The position numbers and the translations under genes are program-made. A stretch of 64,000 bases of DNA from Neoechinorhynchus agilis. Its lineage: Eukaryota > Animalia > Acanthocephala. Positions 49,900 through 61,874 of the stretch are shown here, piece by piece. Numbering within the stretch: the stretch's first letter is position 1; the number at the start of each line of letters is the position of its first letter. The notes beneath the pieces are model-generated. The model had not been told where the DNA came from, did not search any database, and worked only from the letters and a program-made list of their open reading frames with translations. Location: the NCBI GenBank assembly GCA_051530055.1, contig CM121341.1:9216784-9280783 (forward strand), given 5' to 3'.

Positions 49900-52205
49900 T
49901 GCAGAAAATTTGGGCTGGAAGTAAAATCGCGAAGGGGCGATAACTTTTCGTTGAGAAGCGAAAGAAGGCGAGATTTAAAACATTTTGACCGATGCCGCCT
50001 CAACCACAGACGACACCGATGCCGTCCCCTCGTTTCGCTTGGGGAAGGCGCGTTTCTCGCTTCGCTCGGAACATGGATGCTAAACAACAATATGAAGACG
50101 GAAACTTGCCCGCCCAAAATGAGCCAAGTGAAAAGACCGAGGAAACGCCCAACGCAGACACCTTAAACGCGCCACTTATCGATCGCGCTCAAACTGAGAA
50201 GACCAACGCTGCCCGGCTCCCACGCGTCTCTACTGGGTTTTGTTCGGTTTGCAGTAAGTCTTTTAAATTAACAAATTTGGGGGGTTTTGTTTGTCCATGG
50301 TCCCCGGGATCTCCGCTGTAACAGGTCTGGTTCTCCACCACAATCAACCGATCTGTTTATGCCAGGGACTTCTAAGATCACCACTGACTCTATTTTGATA
50401 CCTGATATCGTGCTGGTTCTGCCCAGGAACGTCCTGAGATGGATTCCAAATTGCGCACGATATCTGGTCGCCAAAGCATTTACGGGATTGCTCAACGATT
50501 GCCTTCAAACGAACTGTACGCCATCATGGACACGGCTCTTCGCATTCCCGTGCTTAGTCCTTTGCACCAGTGATGATTCTGGGGTGTCTTTGACATCAAC
50601 AATAAAATAAAGGGTGGTCTCCTTCGAACAGACATTTAACAATTTCGAAATGAAATTTCTTCTCTGTCAAACATTAATTTAAAATTTCTAATCGCGGAAT
50701 GTCTTGGCAAATTTTTTAGATATCTTGAGTCACACTGAAGCGCGGAAATTGCGGATTACGCATGAAGGGTTTCGTTGCCGTTTTTCAAAGCCATCCCTGG
50801 CTGAACGTGCTCTTCGAAGCTTGCGAACGGAGACGTTCGGGGGGCTGTTCGGTTATTGTCACCCTCCAACAGTTTTGCATAAGGAGACAACGCGACACTA
50901 CAAATACGTCGGCCAAAACACCCATGCAGTGGTGGCAGTTTTGAAATTCCACCTCCTCCCATACAAGACAGGACACCCACTCAAATTTCAGAGTTAAAAA
51001 AGGCGATCTCATCTTTTGCAAATGGTTCGGGTCATGGGCTTGACTGGCTAAGACCTCAGCACCTCTCCCTCTCTCGAAAGTGCGCTTTCTCGGTTAGTCG
51101 ACCGCCTGATTGGAGAGGATTTGAATCCCGTTGCAAAAGACCTATTTTTCGGAGCATCATTATGTGCCCTCACAAAAAAGAAGATGGGATTGGTCCCATC
51201 GCCGTATCTTCGACGATACGCTGAGTTGCAGGAAAAATTCTCTGTAAACGTATCACAGAGAAAATCGGCCAACAACTTCGATTAGTCCAACTGGGCTGCT
51301 GCACGTCCTGCGGGGCGGAAGCTATTGTCCACGCGCTCCGAAACTTTACTATGAGGAGTTAAAAGCCGTGCGTGATTCTTAAGTGTGATTTCCAGAGAGT
51401 TAAAGGTGTTCTGGAAATCACACTTAACTCTCTCAATAGAGAAAGCATGTTCTGCGCTAGGTGCCAGCAGACAGGCGCTAACCATGTTCCTGTGGATGGC
51501 CTCAGACAGTCGATCAGGGACAAACCTCTCGTCGCGAGAGCTCGCAGCTCTGTACTTTTAGGTTCTCGCGATGGGGTCGTCCGAACTAGATTGTTGGCAG
51601 TTTCGACACGAGAATCGAGGGCGTGGTTGGAGGCTGTTCTTCTGGCATCTGTGGGAACTCTTCTCATTGATGAGGTAACGAGGATCGCAGTGTCCTTAAG
51701 ACTTGGTCTCCCGATATGCACGTCCCATCGCTGTCGATGTGAGTCTTTGGTTGATGCTTTCGGGCGACACGGTCTCGTTTGCCGAAAGTCAGGAGGAAGG
51801 TTCTCACGTCATTCTGAGATCAACAGTGCAATTTCTCGGGCGTTGAGAACGGCGAACTTCCCCAACATATTGGAACCCGCCCACCTTTGTCGACTAGACG
51901 GTCGTCGACCTGACGGAATTTCGGTCTTGCCTTCTCTGGGACGCCACGTTTGTGGACACCCTCGCAGTAAGCAACGTTCCGTACTCTCTCGAAATCCCTG
52001 GAGGTGCAGCGGAAGGGAGGAAGGTACGAAAATATAGAGAATTAGCAAGGCCCACTATTTTGTCCCTTTCGGAGTAGGAACGTTTGGAGCGCTTGGCAGC
52101 TGGGCACTCTGCTCGAGGATCTCCTGAAGAAATTGAGAGAAACGACTAGGGGCGCACGAGCAGGTGTATTCCTGCGACAAAATATCTCGCTTAGCCGTTG
52201 CGGAT
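49900..52205 (+). mobile_element. Degenerate near-full CRE-type non-LTR retrotransposon
   Basis: CSVCSK..HGPR..C..SG zinc finger, IPNCAR..AK, FFGASLCAL.KK, GAEAIVHALR, LKCDFQ, HGLVC..SGGRFSRH, RRPDG, LRQNISLA; frameshifted. Confidence 0.8.
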
Positions 52206-52630
52206 CGACCGGGGAGCCATCAGGACGCCATGGTCTTGTCTGTCGGCAATCAGGCTGAAAATACTCACGACACGTCGAAGTGAACGCAATTCTTAGTCGT
52301 ACGTTGAATACTGTGAATACGCGCAACATCCTAGAGCCGAGCAATCTTTGTCGACTCGATAGCCGCCGTAGATCGGACGGTGTCACCGTATTCCCGTAGC
52401 GAAAGGAGGCAAAGTCCTTCGCTCGGACGCCGTTTGCAGCCTGCAACATAAAACTCTCCGCCGTTAAACCGAAGGGGAGCAGCAACCGCCGCGAAGGACC
52501 GCAAAAATTCCAAATACAAGGATTTTGGTCGAAATCATTATTTCGTTCGGCAGGAGCATTCCTCCTACAAAACATAAGCCTGGGTGCGCTACGGGGGAAC
52601 GCTACATCCGTCCTTTCGACCGTGGCGTGA
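52205..52630 (+). mobile_element. Second, older CRE-type 3' fragment in tandem
   Basis: RHGLVC..KYSRH.EVN, NILEPSNLCRLD, FLLQNISLGALRGNATSVLSTV. Confidence 0.75.
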
Positions 52631-52930
52631 TTATTGGTAAGATTTGGTCGATATTAAATGCTATTTTAGATTAAACAAAAATTTATCACAAAAAGAAATT
52701 CTAGAAAAGCCAATTTAATTGATAAATATGCATAAATTTTATATTTCACAATTTTACTGTTGCAAAATTGTCAAATTTTTGTGTGATATCTAGGCAACTT
52801 TTACGTATAAAATTTTGCAATGTAAATCGCTGTATTTATTTTGAACAGTTTTTGAACTTCGTTTATTCAAAATTTATATCTCGTTTTATTCACATAAAAA
52901 ACAGTTAATTAGTTCATTTCAAATTTTCTG

Positions 52931-54288
52931 TTAGTAACACTTTGGAAAATGTTTGTTTGATTCGGACGATAGTTTCTGCTTCCTTTGTCGAGAAAACCAA
53001 AAGTAGACGACTAGTGCCAGGGATGCGAATACCAACGAGGATACAATGCCTACCAACAATATTATAAGTGCAGATCTAAATCTTGGTTGAAATTCATTAG
53101 TGTTTTTTTCATTCGAAGAATTGCTTATCGAACTCCTCAGAAATTGTTCACCGTGTTCCTCTACGTTTGTATTCGAAGTGTCATTTGTTCCCACGAAAAG
53201 AACAACATAAGCACTTGATATACAATGTTCATAGCCATTTTCATCAAAGGAGCCATCAGTTGCGTCCAAGCGAATTGTGTAAATTTCAGACGGCGGATAA
53301 GGTTTTTTGATTTCTATTTTAAATTGTTGACCCGTTCCAAGATTCATGAAAGGTGTAACACTGAATTGAAATTGAGGAAAGGAAACAATGGACGCTCTTA
53401 TCTGGACGTCGTCTCCATCTCGATCGTTTACGGTTACATATAAAGGCGTTTGCTGCTTTAAGTCTCGGTTGAAGTAGAAAGTCGGTTTAAAGGACATAAA
53501 CCGGGGACAATGATCGTTGATATTCTTTATGTTAATGACGATTTGAGCAGGTTTTCCATGTCGAGGTGGAAAACCGAGGTCCTTGATGCAAACTGATAGA
53601 TTGTATTGAGTGCGCTCTTCGTTATTCAAATAGGAATTCGTACGGATAATTCCATCGTATGCGATTGAAAATGGAAATGTTTCATGGTTGAAAGTTTTGT
53701 CCTTTTGAGGACACGCGTAAATGTCGACTTGTCCATTACTGAACGAATCTTTATCTTCAGCTTCGCTAACGCCAATTACTTCACCGATTTGAATGTCTTC
53801 TTTTACTGAAAAAACAAAGATATTGCTATTAAACGTCGGCATATTGTCATTGACGTCCAAGATGCACACTTCTGCGTGCTTTTGGACACTTAAAGGAGGA
53901 TTACCTTTATCTTCTATTTTAATAGCGAATTGAAAACACTCATCACCGTTTTCCTTATCGAAGTCCCTCAATGTCTTTAGTTTGGCGTTTGGATCAACGG
54001 CGAACTCAGTGCTGTTTCCGACGATCGAAAAGACCAATTCGCCGTTTTGTCCTTCATCAGCATCGGTGGCATTCAATACGGCTACCGTCGAGAACTTCCT
54101 CAAGTCCTCTGTTATGTAAAATCTGTCTGGGAAATTCGGTACTGGCGCATTGTCGTTAACGTCCGTCACTTCCACGAAAATTTCAACTATCGTCCTTAAT
54201 CTATAGGGCGATGGATCCGTTATTGTTAGTGAACAATCATGTAGAGATTTCTCTTCTCTATCCAAACGATTGACGGTAATCACATGCC
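52931..54288 (-). CDS. Protocadherin copy 2, 5'-truncated in EC4 and fused in frame to Gypsy RNase H sequence
   Basis: From HVITVNRLDRE to HFPKCY, ~97% like copy 1; its 3' flank matches the copy 1 flank. Confidence 0.8.
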
Positions 54289-54960
54289 CTTTGCAGGGAG
54301 TCATTGCTTCCTTTTCAACAGCGGCGTAAAGGGATTCAGTAAGGTTCAAAGTCCTGGACATGAATTCGACCGGTCGACTGTTTTGACTCGATACTGCTGA
54401 AATCGCGTGAATGGTTGATTGTCGACGATGGACCCAAACGATGCTTTCTCCAATATGCTCTTGAGTTCCGCGAAGGCAGTTGCTTCTGCCATCATAGGGG
54501 GTCCGGGAATCCTTCGATCCATTTCGCATAATACGCGAACAATCCAACAACACGCCTCAAACTAGAAGCATTGCAAGGGACAGGGAGTTCCAGTAAGGGT
54601 CGCAATCGTTCGGGATCCGGTGAAATAATATTATTAGTGATGCTGTAGCCCAATTGCTCTATCTTCCTGAAATTTTCCAGCATTTGTTTTCAGTGTCTGC
54701 AATCTCGTGATGCCGAAGTAGAATTAGGTTCTGTTTGTAATTTGTCTGGTTGTTAGATTCGATCCATTTCAAGTTGATTAAATTGTGGTGAAACCGGAAC
54801 AACGGGTTTTAATCAACTTGTAACTTTGCTACAAAAATGCACACAAAAAAAACCACACACACGCGAGCACCACAATAACAATCGATACACGCCATCACGC
54901 ATTTACGCCAGGGGATAAGACACATTTCTGTTGAGATGACTACGTCGGCGTGAAATTTCA
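54289..54960 (-). mobile_element. Internally deleted Gypsy element (LTR-like leader, gag N terminus, RT/RNase H fragment)
   Basis: MDRI..PDKLQTEPNS..A.R..RHW, LGYSI....ISPDPERL, FAYYAKWI, AISAV.SQ..RPV.FMSRTLN.TE.LYAAVEKEA. Confidence 0.8.
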
Positions 54961-55048
54961 TTTAGGCAGTAGGCTACGGGTATTGGAGTAGATTACGGCG
55001 GGCAAAGGAATTTTGGAATTCGGGAAATCGGTGCGAAAATGAGGGTGA

Positions 55049-55252
55049 TCTTTAAAATTCCTGCTCTCCAGCACCGTTGGCGAATTACGAAACCAACTGC
55101 AAAATCGAGACGTCCAATTGGAGGGACAATCTTTGATTTGTACAGGACGCGTTTTAAAGGATTCAGAAAGATGGATAAACCTTGATGTGGTCAATGGTGG
55201 GACAATTTATCTATCGAGGATCATTAAAGGAGAAAATTCAGGAAGAGAATAG
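55049..55252 (+). pseudogene. Ubiquitin-like domain remnant, paralogous to the second Ubl at 56293-56724
   Basis: LLSSTVGELRNQLQNRDV...LICTGRVLKDSERWINLDVVNGGTIYL; upstream stops, adjacent to the Gypsy element. Confidence 0.65.
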
Positions 55253-56252
55253 AGAGATCAATAAATTGTCCCCGATTTTAGAAGTTCGCTTTCGTGTATT
55301 TTTTAGCCGAACATTTAATTTCGCTTTGATAGTTTTAACTTCTAAATATTCATCATCGAATAATACAATCATGGAGCTATAAGTGAAGTCGCTGGAAACT
55401 TTAAGGTGAGTCTTTGAACAGCATCGCGTTTGTGGAAACGAGCACAGCAATATGAAAAAAAATGAAATTTTCAATATCGATAAAAGAAAACGTGGAGGTT
55501 GAGGATCAAAAAAGCATTTCTTAAAAGAAAAATTGAAGACAGTGAAATAAAAGAATACTAAGCAGCTTATCAAATGAAGTAAATGTACCAGGAACGAATT
55601 TTCGTCAAATAAAAAAAAGAATGTTATATTGAGAAACAAGCTCGAATGTTGAGTAAAAATGAACGACGCACTTTTTCTTTGGCGTCTTAACTTTTATCAA
55701 ATAATTTTTTAAGAGTTACATTTTAAAAATGAAGATCGCAACGAAAAGATGTAAACACCTTTTAGTAAATTTTTGTTGAAATATCAAATACAGTGTCATT
55801 TATTGAATGCACCGGTTTCATAGATTAATTTTATTTGAAGTATTCAATACCAACTTTAACTTCCTCCCTTTTAAAAATTCCGAATCATAATTCTAAGAGC
55901 TTTGGCGGTTCATGGCACTTTATAATGATCAGTGAAAATAATTTAAAAGAACGCTGATTCACGATTGTGTTCTTTTTTCTCATAGAAGCAGACGGCGATG
56001 AATATGTTACACACGCCCATCGTTCACGTTCAAGCTGTCTGTCTCAAGGTTCTTACTCTATTTTTAATTTAAAAAACCCCATTGTGTGTCCGTAAATTTT
56101 TGCGGTATTCATTTACACTTCTCATCTTAAACTGACTCCACTTTTACCAATGCAACATTTTTGTGATGTTACTCATCAGTGTTATTTTTCAGCATTCAAG
56201 CAAGGGCGCTAAACACCACATAAAAATATTTTCAGATTTTATCGGCAAAGAT

Positions 56253-56724
56253 ATGAATTCTTTGCTGCAAAAAAAACGTTCTTAGGATTAGATTGGATAA
56301 TGGGGATACTTTTATCGTCCCTCAGAAAGCAGATGATTTCATTCTTAATTTAAAAGCAAACATTCAAAAGATTGTCAGAATACCGAAGATAAGGCAATCG
56401 TTATTTTTTCACAATAAAGAAATTAGAGACTTCGTTCGTATTTCTGATTGTGGAATCGAACCAGACGATATTCTGGATCTTAAGATAAAAAAGGAAGAGC
56501 CAATCACAATTAACGTGTTTCTGGTCCATGAGAAACTATGGTTGCAATTTAAAATTCTGCTTTCTGAAAGAGTTGGTACTCTCCGGAGTAAAATAAAGAG
56601 TAGGAATATTGATGTGAAAAGACGGACTATTGTGTATCGTGGCAAGATCTTGGATGATCTGCGGAGATGGAGTGACTTGGATGTATCTGACGGAGAGATC
56701 ATTTATTTGATCGGATTCACTTAA
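56253..56724 (+). CDS. Tandem di-ubiquitin-like protein
   Basis: Two Ubl patterns: I..LKA.I....IP..RQ.LFF....I.D...ISDCGI....IL and VGTLR.KI....R.IVYRGKIL.D...WSDL.V. The start needs a 1-nt shift in an A8 run. Confidence 0.7.
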
Positions 56725-57299
56725 AACACAAGCGACCATTTGATTGCAAATTTCACTTCAATGCATTCACAATGGATGCTAAATAAATCGCTGAAGATTT
56801 TTAGAAGCAGTGATGGGCTGTCGAAATAGCAATTAGTTTATGTGAGCAGTTCAAAAGTTCTATGAGTTCCATTTTGAGGATAAGCTTGTAATATGTCGGA
56901 CGCTCTTGCCTTTATCATTATCGCATCGGCTATCCATAGCCCTGATTGACGAATTACAAGTTTTTTAGAAAACAACTCGTTGCTTCATTTTTTCTAAAAA
57001 AAGGATAAACAAAAGATTTTGAGGCAACCATCTGTAGCCGCCTTTGAATAATTCAGTCAAATAAAAAACTCGATTCGTTCATCTTGATTTTGTTCAAATT
57101 AAAAAGGAGATAAAATTTAAAGTTTAAATAAAATTCTTAATTCATTCTTACTAAAGAATATATAACACTACTGATTAAGATTATATTTATTTTGCAAGAG
57201 ATCAAGAATTCAAGTAACTAATTTCGCCTATGAATTTTTAGATAAACACTTCTAAAGTTGCTAGGTAACTACAATGGATTAAATACATTGATGATCTTT

Positions 57300-60200
57300 A
57301 AAAAAATTGACCATGATGGATGCCATTGAAAACAGAAAAGGAAATGCCGACCAAATATTTAACGATTTTCGCAACGATGTCCTATTGAATGCTGAATCAA
57401 AAGAGGTTTCCATCTTTCGTAATTATAACCCGAAAATATCAAATTGTATACAGAAAGATATTAACTTGGGGCCAATAGGATTCGACGAAATCAAAATACG
57501 TTTTACACCTTGGCTTCAGAAACTTCCTACATTCCTAAAGGCCGAGAAAATAGTCAAAGATCAAATTCAATCTACGGTTTGACACACAGCATTCGATTTG
57601 TACGCTTTTTTTATCATCGCTCAGTCCGTTGAAGAACTTAGATCGAATCTGCTGTCAATCGTTAAGAATGAAGAGTACACCATTGAAACAGCAGCATATT
57701 TGGAGGCCGTAAAAGATGGCTATAAACAGTTGATGTACAATAGAGAAATCCAAATGAGATGTATTGAGAAGTTTAAACAAGTTTTGGTCTCGCTTGATAA
57801 TTTTAAAGAATTAAGTGTATCTGAATGTAAAAGCGATTTAAAAACAGCACAACAGCATTTGTCCGAAATTGAGACACAATTTAGCTGTATTTGTTCTGCC
57901 CTCAAAATTAATGAACATAAGGTAAGAATCACTTATTTTTAATATTGAATCCACATTCTTTAAAGTAGAAAGTGTCAAAAACAAATGATAAGGGTGACAA
58001 AGATCCTTTCGAGATGGACGACATTTTTGAAATGGTCTCTTCCTATGAACTTATGAAATTTACGAAAGGAATGAACTACAAAGAGCAAACAGAATTTATA
58101 AATGTAATTTTTGAATTTACTTCTGCATCAAAGTTTATTAATTTTTCAACCACAGATGAAATCACGATATCTTTCTTTTTCAAAAGAAAGTAGAATCCTA
58201 TTTATATTAAAAAAAATAAAGTTTTAAAGAGGTATTAACGTTTCTTCACAATGGACTGGGCAAATTCACTGAAGTAAAATCGATTGTTCTTTAAATATGT
58301 TCTTAATTGGACAGTATTTGAAGGAAAAAGTGACAGCGTATTGTGTTCAAACTCAAGGAGTTCATAGCGATAGGAGTTCTATTTGTTTCATTCTCTAAAT
58401 ATCCCAACGATAAATTTTTTAACGTTTATGTATAGACCTAAAATGGTTATTGCCTTAAGTTCTCAATTGTTGCTTTCAATACCATAAATGCACAATTTTT
58501 TAATAAAACAATACTTTATTTTTTCTATTTTTTTCTGAATTATTGTCATGCGGATGAATATAAACCATTAGCTAATACGATGTGTGGGTTGATTTTATTT
58601 AATACAAAAACCTGCTTTTTTCAATCTTAATGGATTTTACCGAACATTCTAGTTTACAAAAAAAATTTAGAAGCTATCAAAGAAACTAAAAAAACATTCA
58701 TCACGTCTGGAGGGTGAAATTCAACAAACTAAGACAGTATTTGATGACTTAAATAATGCAGCGTGGCTCTTACATCAAAAGTTGATTTTCGTAAGTTTTT
58801 AAATTACAGATTTCAAATCTCGATAAATAAAACTTCGATCAGCTTCAACTTAAGCGAAATGTTCATGTTGCAGCGAAGATGAGAGTCGATCAAATAAAGT
58901 TAAGATTAGCTGATATGTATCAGTCAAGGAATAAATCTCAGTCAGAAGTAAATAAAACGAAGTAGGCAGATATTTCTGTTCGCTTATCTACGTCCGCTTA
59001 AAATTAGAGATCAATTAAAAGAGGCAGAAGAGCTTTTGAATGGTTCCACTGTCGTCCAAGTCGCTTGTTCTTCAGTTCTAACTACTCTCGAGGGTATTTT
59101 AAGCGATGATGTGTTTATCGAGGAAAACCAATCTGATTTACAAAAGTCGAAAGATGAGGTTGACATTGCTTTATATCGAATATTCAAATGAGCAAAGATT
59201 ATTTAGGAATTACGAAATCGACTTTCCAATAACATTGAGGAACTCGGATTACAGTACAATAAAAATTTACGGTTAAAAAAGTGTGTCTTAGTTTTCCCAT
59301 TTACGTGGCACGTTTAAGATATCTTTTTCGACTGGTATTTGCTTTTCTTTATTCCGAACACGGTTCCAAATAATATAAATCAGACAAAAAATTCGCTTAG
59401 CCTGTTTATCATACCCATTCATTGGAGAAGTATCAAAATATCTTTCCAATAAATTCTTTAAATATAATCTCACTTGTCTTTAATGTCAGGAGATTACAAA
59501 TTCTTTAGCATTTTAATTTATCAATGACAGAACATGTTTTAAACTGTTTTATCTTTTATATTATTTTATTCATGATTTTTATTAGCTTAACATTGAAAAA
59601 TTCCGATGAAAAAACGAACCATTCTCTTCATCAGAGATTTTTTACTACTTTAAGAACGAAAATCGAATTGTTTTCTCCAAAATACACCAACTTAACTACC
59701 TCCAGATACGAGCTCACGTTTTCAATTTCTCGCCTTATTTCAAATAGTAACTATGTTTCGTTTTTAATAGTTTCGCGTAACAATCATTTTTCCGTAACCG
59801 CACCCACTTCGTCGTCAACTCGCTCCAGTTTTTAGTGTCTCTTCTTTTGTGGCTTTTATACATTTCTTCAATAAAAAACTAATTTACGGGATACAAAATA
59901 TTTCCATCGAATCATTGATAAGAGACTTTTCATCTTCAATTATCGAATAGAGAACTGCATGAAATGGAAGACCGTTTAAAGGATATAAAGGAACTGAACA
60001 AATCTTGTTTATCAATCAACCGGACTTCTACCTTTAAAAATGTATGAAATATACTTTAATTCCATTAAAATAAACAATATTCGATATTAGTTCGTGAGAG
60101 CGGCAGTGGACGCAATCGTAGGCAAAGAAACTAAAAAACCAAATCAATCTTCCGCTTTTGAGGTATAAATTTTTTGAATTTGTGAAAACTTATAAGAAAT

Positions 60201-60703
60201 CGAAAAAATAGGATGAACAAATCGCTCAAATCAAGACAGATCTTGCAAAAGTGAGCTCAAAAGTAGAGAAGGACTTGAAATGCATTGAGTACTATGAAAC
60301 AGAAATTCAAAAATTGGAAGCGAAGGCAAATTTGAACGGTAAGTTTTTGTAGGATTTTCTAATTTAAACATTTTTTGTAATATTTTAAGTGACATTACCA
60401 GAAGAAAGAGAAGAATATAAATGCGACGACTATGGCGAATTGAACGAAAGGGTGAAACTACACAATCAATATTGGAAAGACGAATATCAAAAATTGCAAG
60501 AAAGGCTTAGCAAAGTTCGTTCACGCGTTTTTCCGATTGATCACCGAAATGTCATCGATCTAAAATCGGATAAATTTACGGGTATAAAAGCCGAAGAAGA
60601 TATAATTCGTTTGCGATCAGACGCTGAATTAAAGGATTTTGTGCAAGCGGTGGAGATATCTGTCAAATCAAAGTCTGCGGAAGCTGAAAATTGTGAAAAT
60701 TAA
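57300..60703 (+). CDS. Multi-exon coiled-coil protein gene(s), unknown family
   Basis: Helical E/K/Q/L-rich exons joined in frame by GT-AG introns 57577-57624, 57922-57968, 58791-58842, 60163-60211; structure partly unresolved. Confidence 0.55.
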
Positions 60704-60999
60704 CTTTACACAAAGTTTCAATAATATTTACGTCTAATAAAATGATCAGTTTGAGCGTGAAATCTGATTGGTCAAAGTTACATATAATTTTTTGCGTGTG
60801 GCGCATTTCAGTTACTAATTTAGAATAATTACGATAGCAACACTTAATTTATTGTTATTCGACATCAGTAATGAAATTTTTTATAATTATGAACAATGCA
60901 GAATGTGTGTGCTTTTTAGAATATTTGTGAACGATTCATATCGCTGAAGACGTGTTATTTATCGAGAAAATCAACTTTTGCTTTTAAATAGTAAATTTT

Positions 61000-61190
61000 T
61001 ATGGTAAAATATAAAGAGATTGAGACAAATCACTGGCGATCTGAGATCAGGAGCAATCCTCCAACAAAACATAAGTCTAACTCTACAATGGGAGGGAACG
61101 CTGAATCCGTCCTTTCGACCGTTACACCAGGACGGCAGTTGAGTGATTCAGAAAGGCGGTGGTGTGAACGATTCGACGTGTTACAAAAGT
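61000..61190 (+). mobile_element. CRE-type 3' fragment
   Basis: KYKEIE, TGDLRSGAILQQNISLTLQ, GNAESVLSTV. Confidence 0.65.
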
Positions 61191-61874
61191 AAAATCATAA
61201 ATAACTGAAAAACGTAAATGTACTGATAAACTAACAAGCAAAACCAATTATAGATATGTTAATAAAAAATAAAACATAAACCGATAATTTTCGTTTTTAA
61301 ATTCCATAATGACTTTGCTATGAAATCACGCTAAACATTATTGGTTTGTATTCAGAAAAGATTTCGCTCCGATTTACGTTTACGATGTATTTTTCGTGCA
61401 GATAGAAGCCCATATGGATCATTTCAGATTTAATATCTTCGGATGATCATTGATGCGTTAGGAAAAACATTTATCACTAAATACTTCGAGCTTTTGACAA
61501 ACGAATAGTTATTAAGCCTTCCGAAAAAAAACACCAAAATGTGAAAATCACTATTATTGCGACATTAATTATAAAATTGTTTTGCAAATTTACCTACAAC
61601 CATATGCTGCCCTTATTATAAAGGTTCAAAAATTTAGATTAACTCTATGTCTTAAACCTTCCTTTTGGTGTCAACCTCAATTTAGAAAACTTTTTTTATT
61701 AAAAAATTTATGATCAAAAGAATTTTTTAACGTTAGAGCGACTGATCGACATTTAGTCAGAATGTAGCAAACAAAGAATCGGAAGGAGCTTAATCACATA
61801 AAAATCCGAATGTTTTAAATTAAAATACCTTTATTTTTATATTTACAGATACCAATCCTGCAATCTTCAATATA

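Noticed and set aside
49572-50117. 181-aa minus ORF as a novel gag fusion
   Set aside because: The 5' two thirds is antisense of the CRE element; only the last ~60 codons are Gypsy gag.
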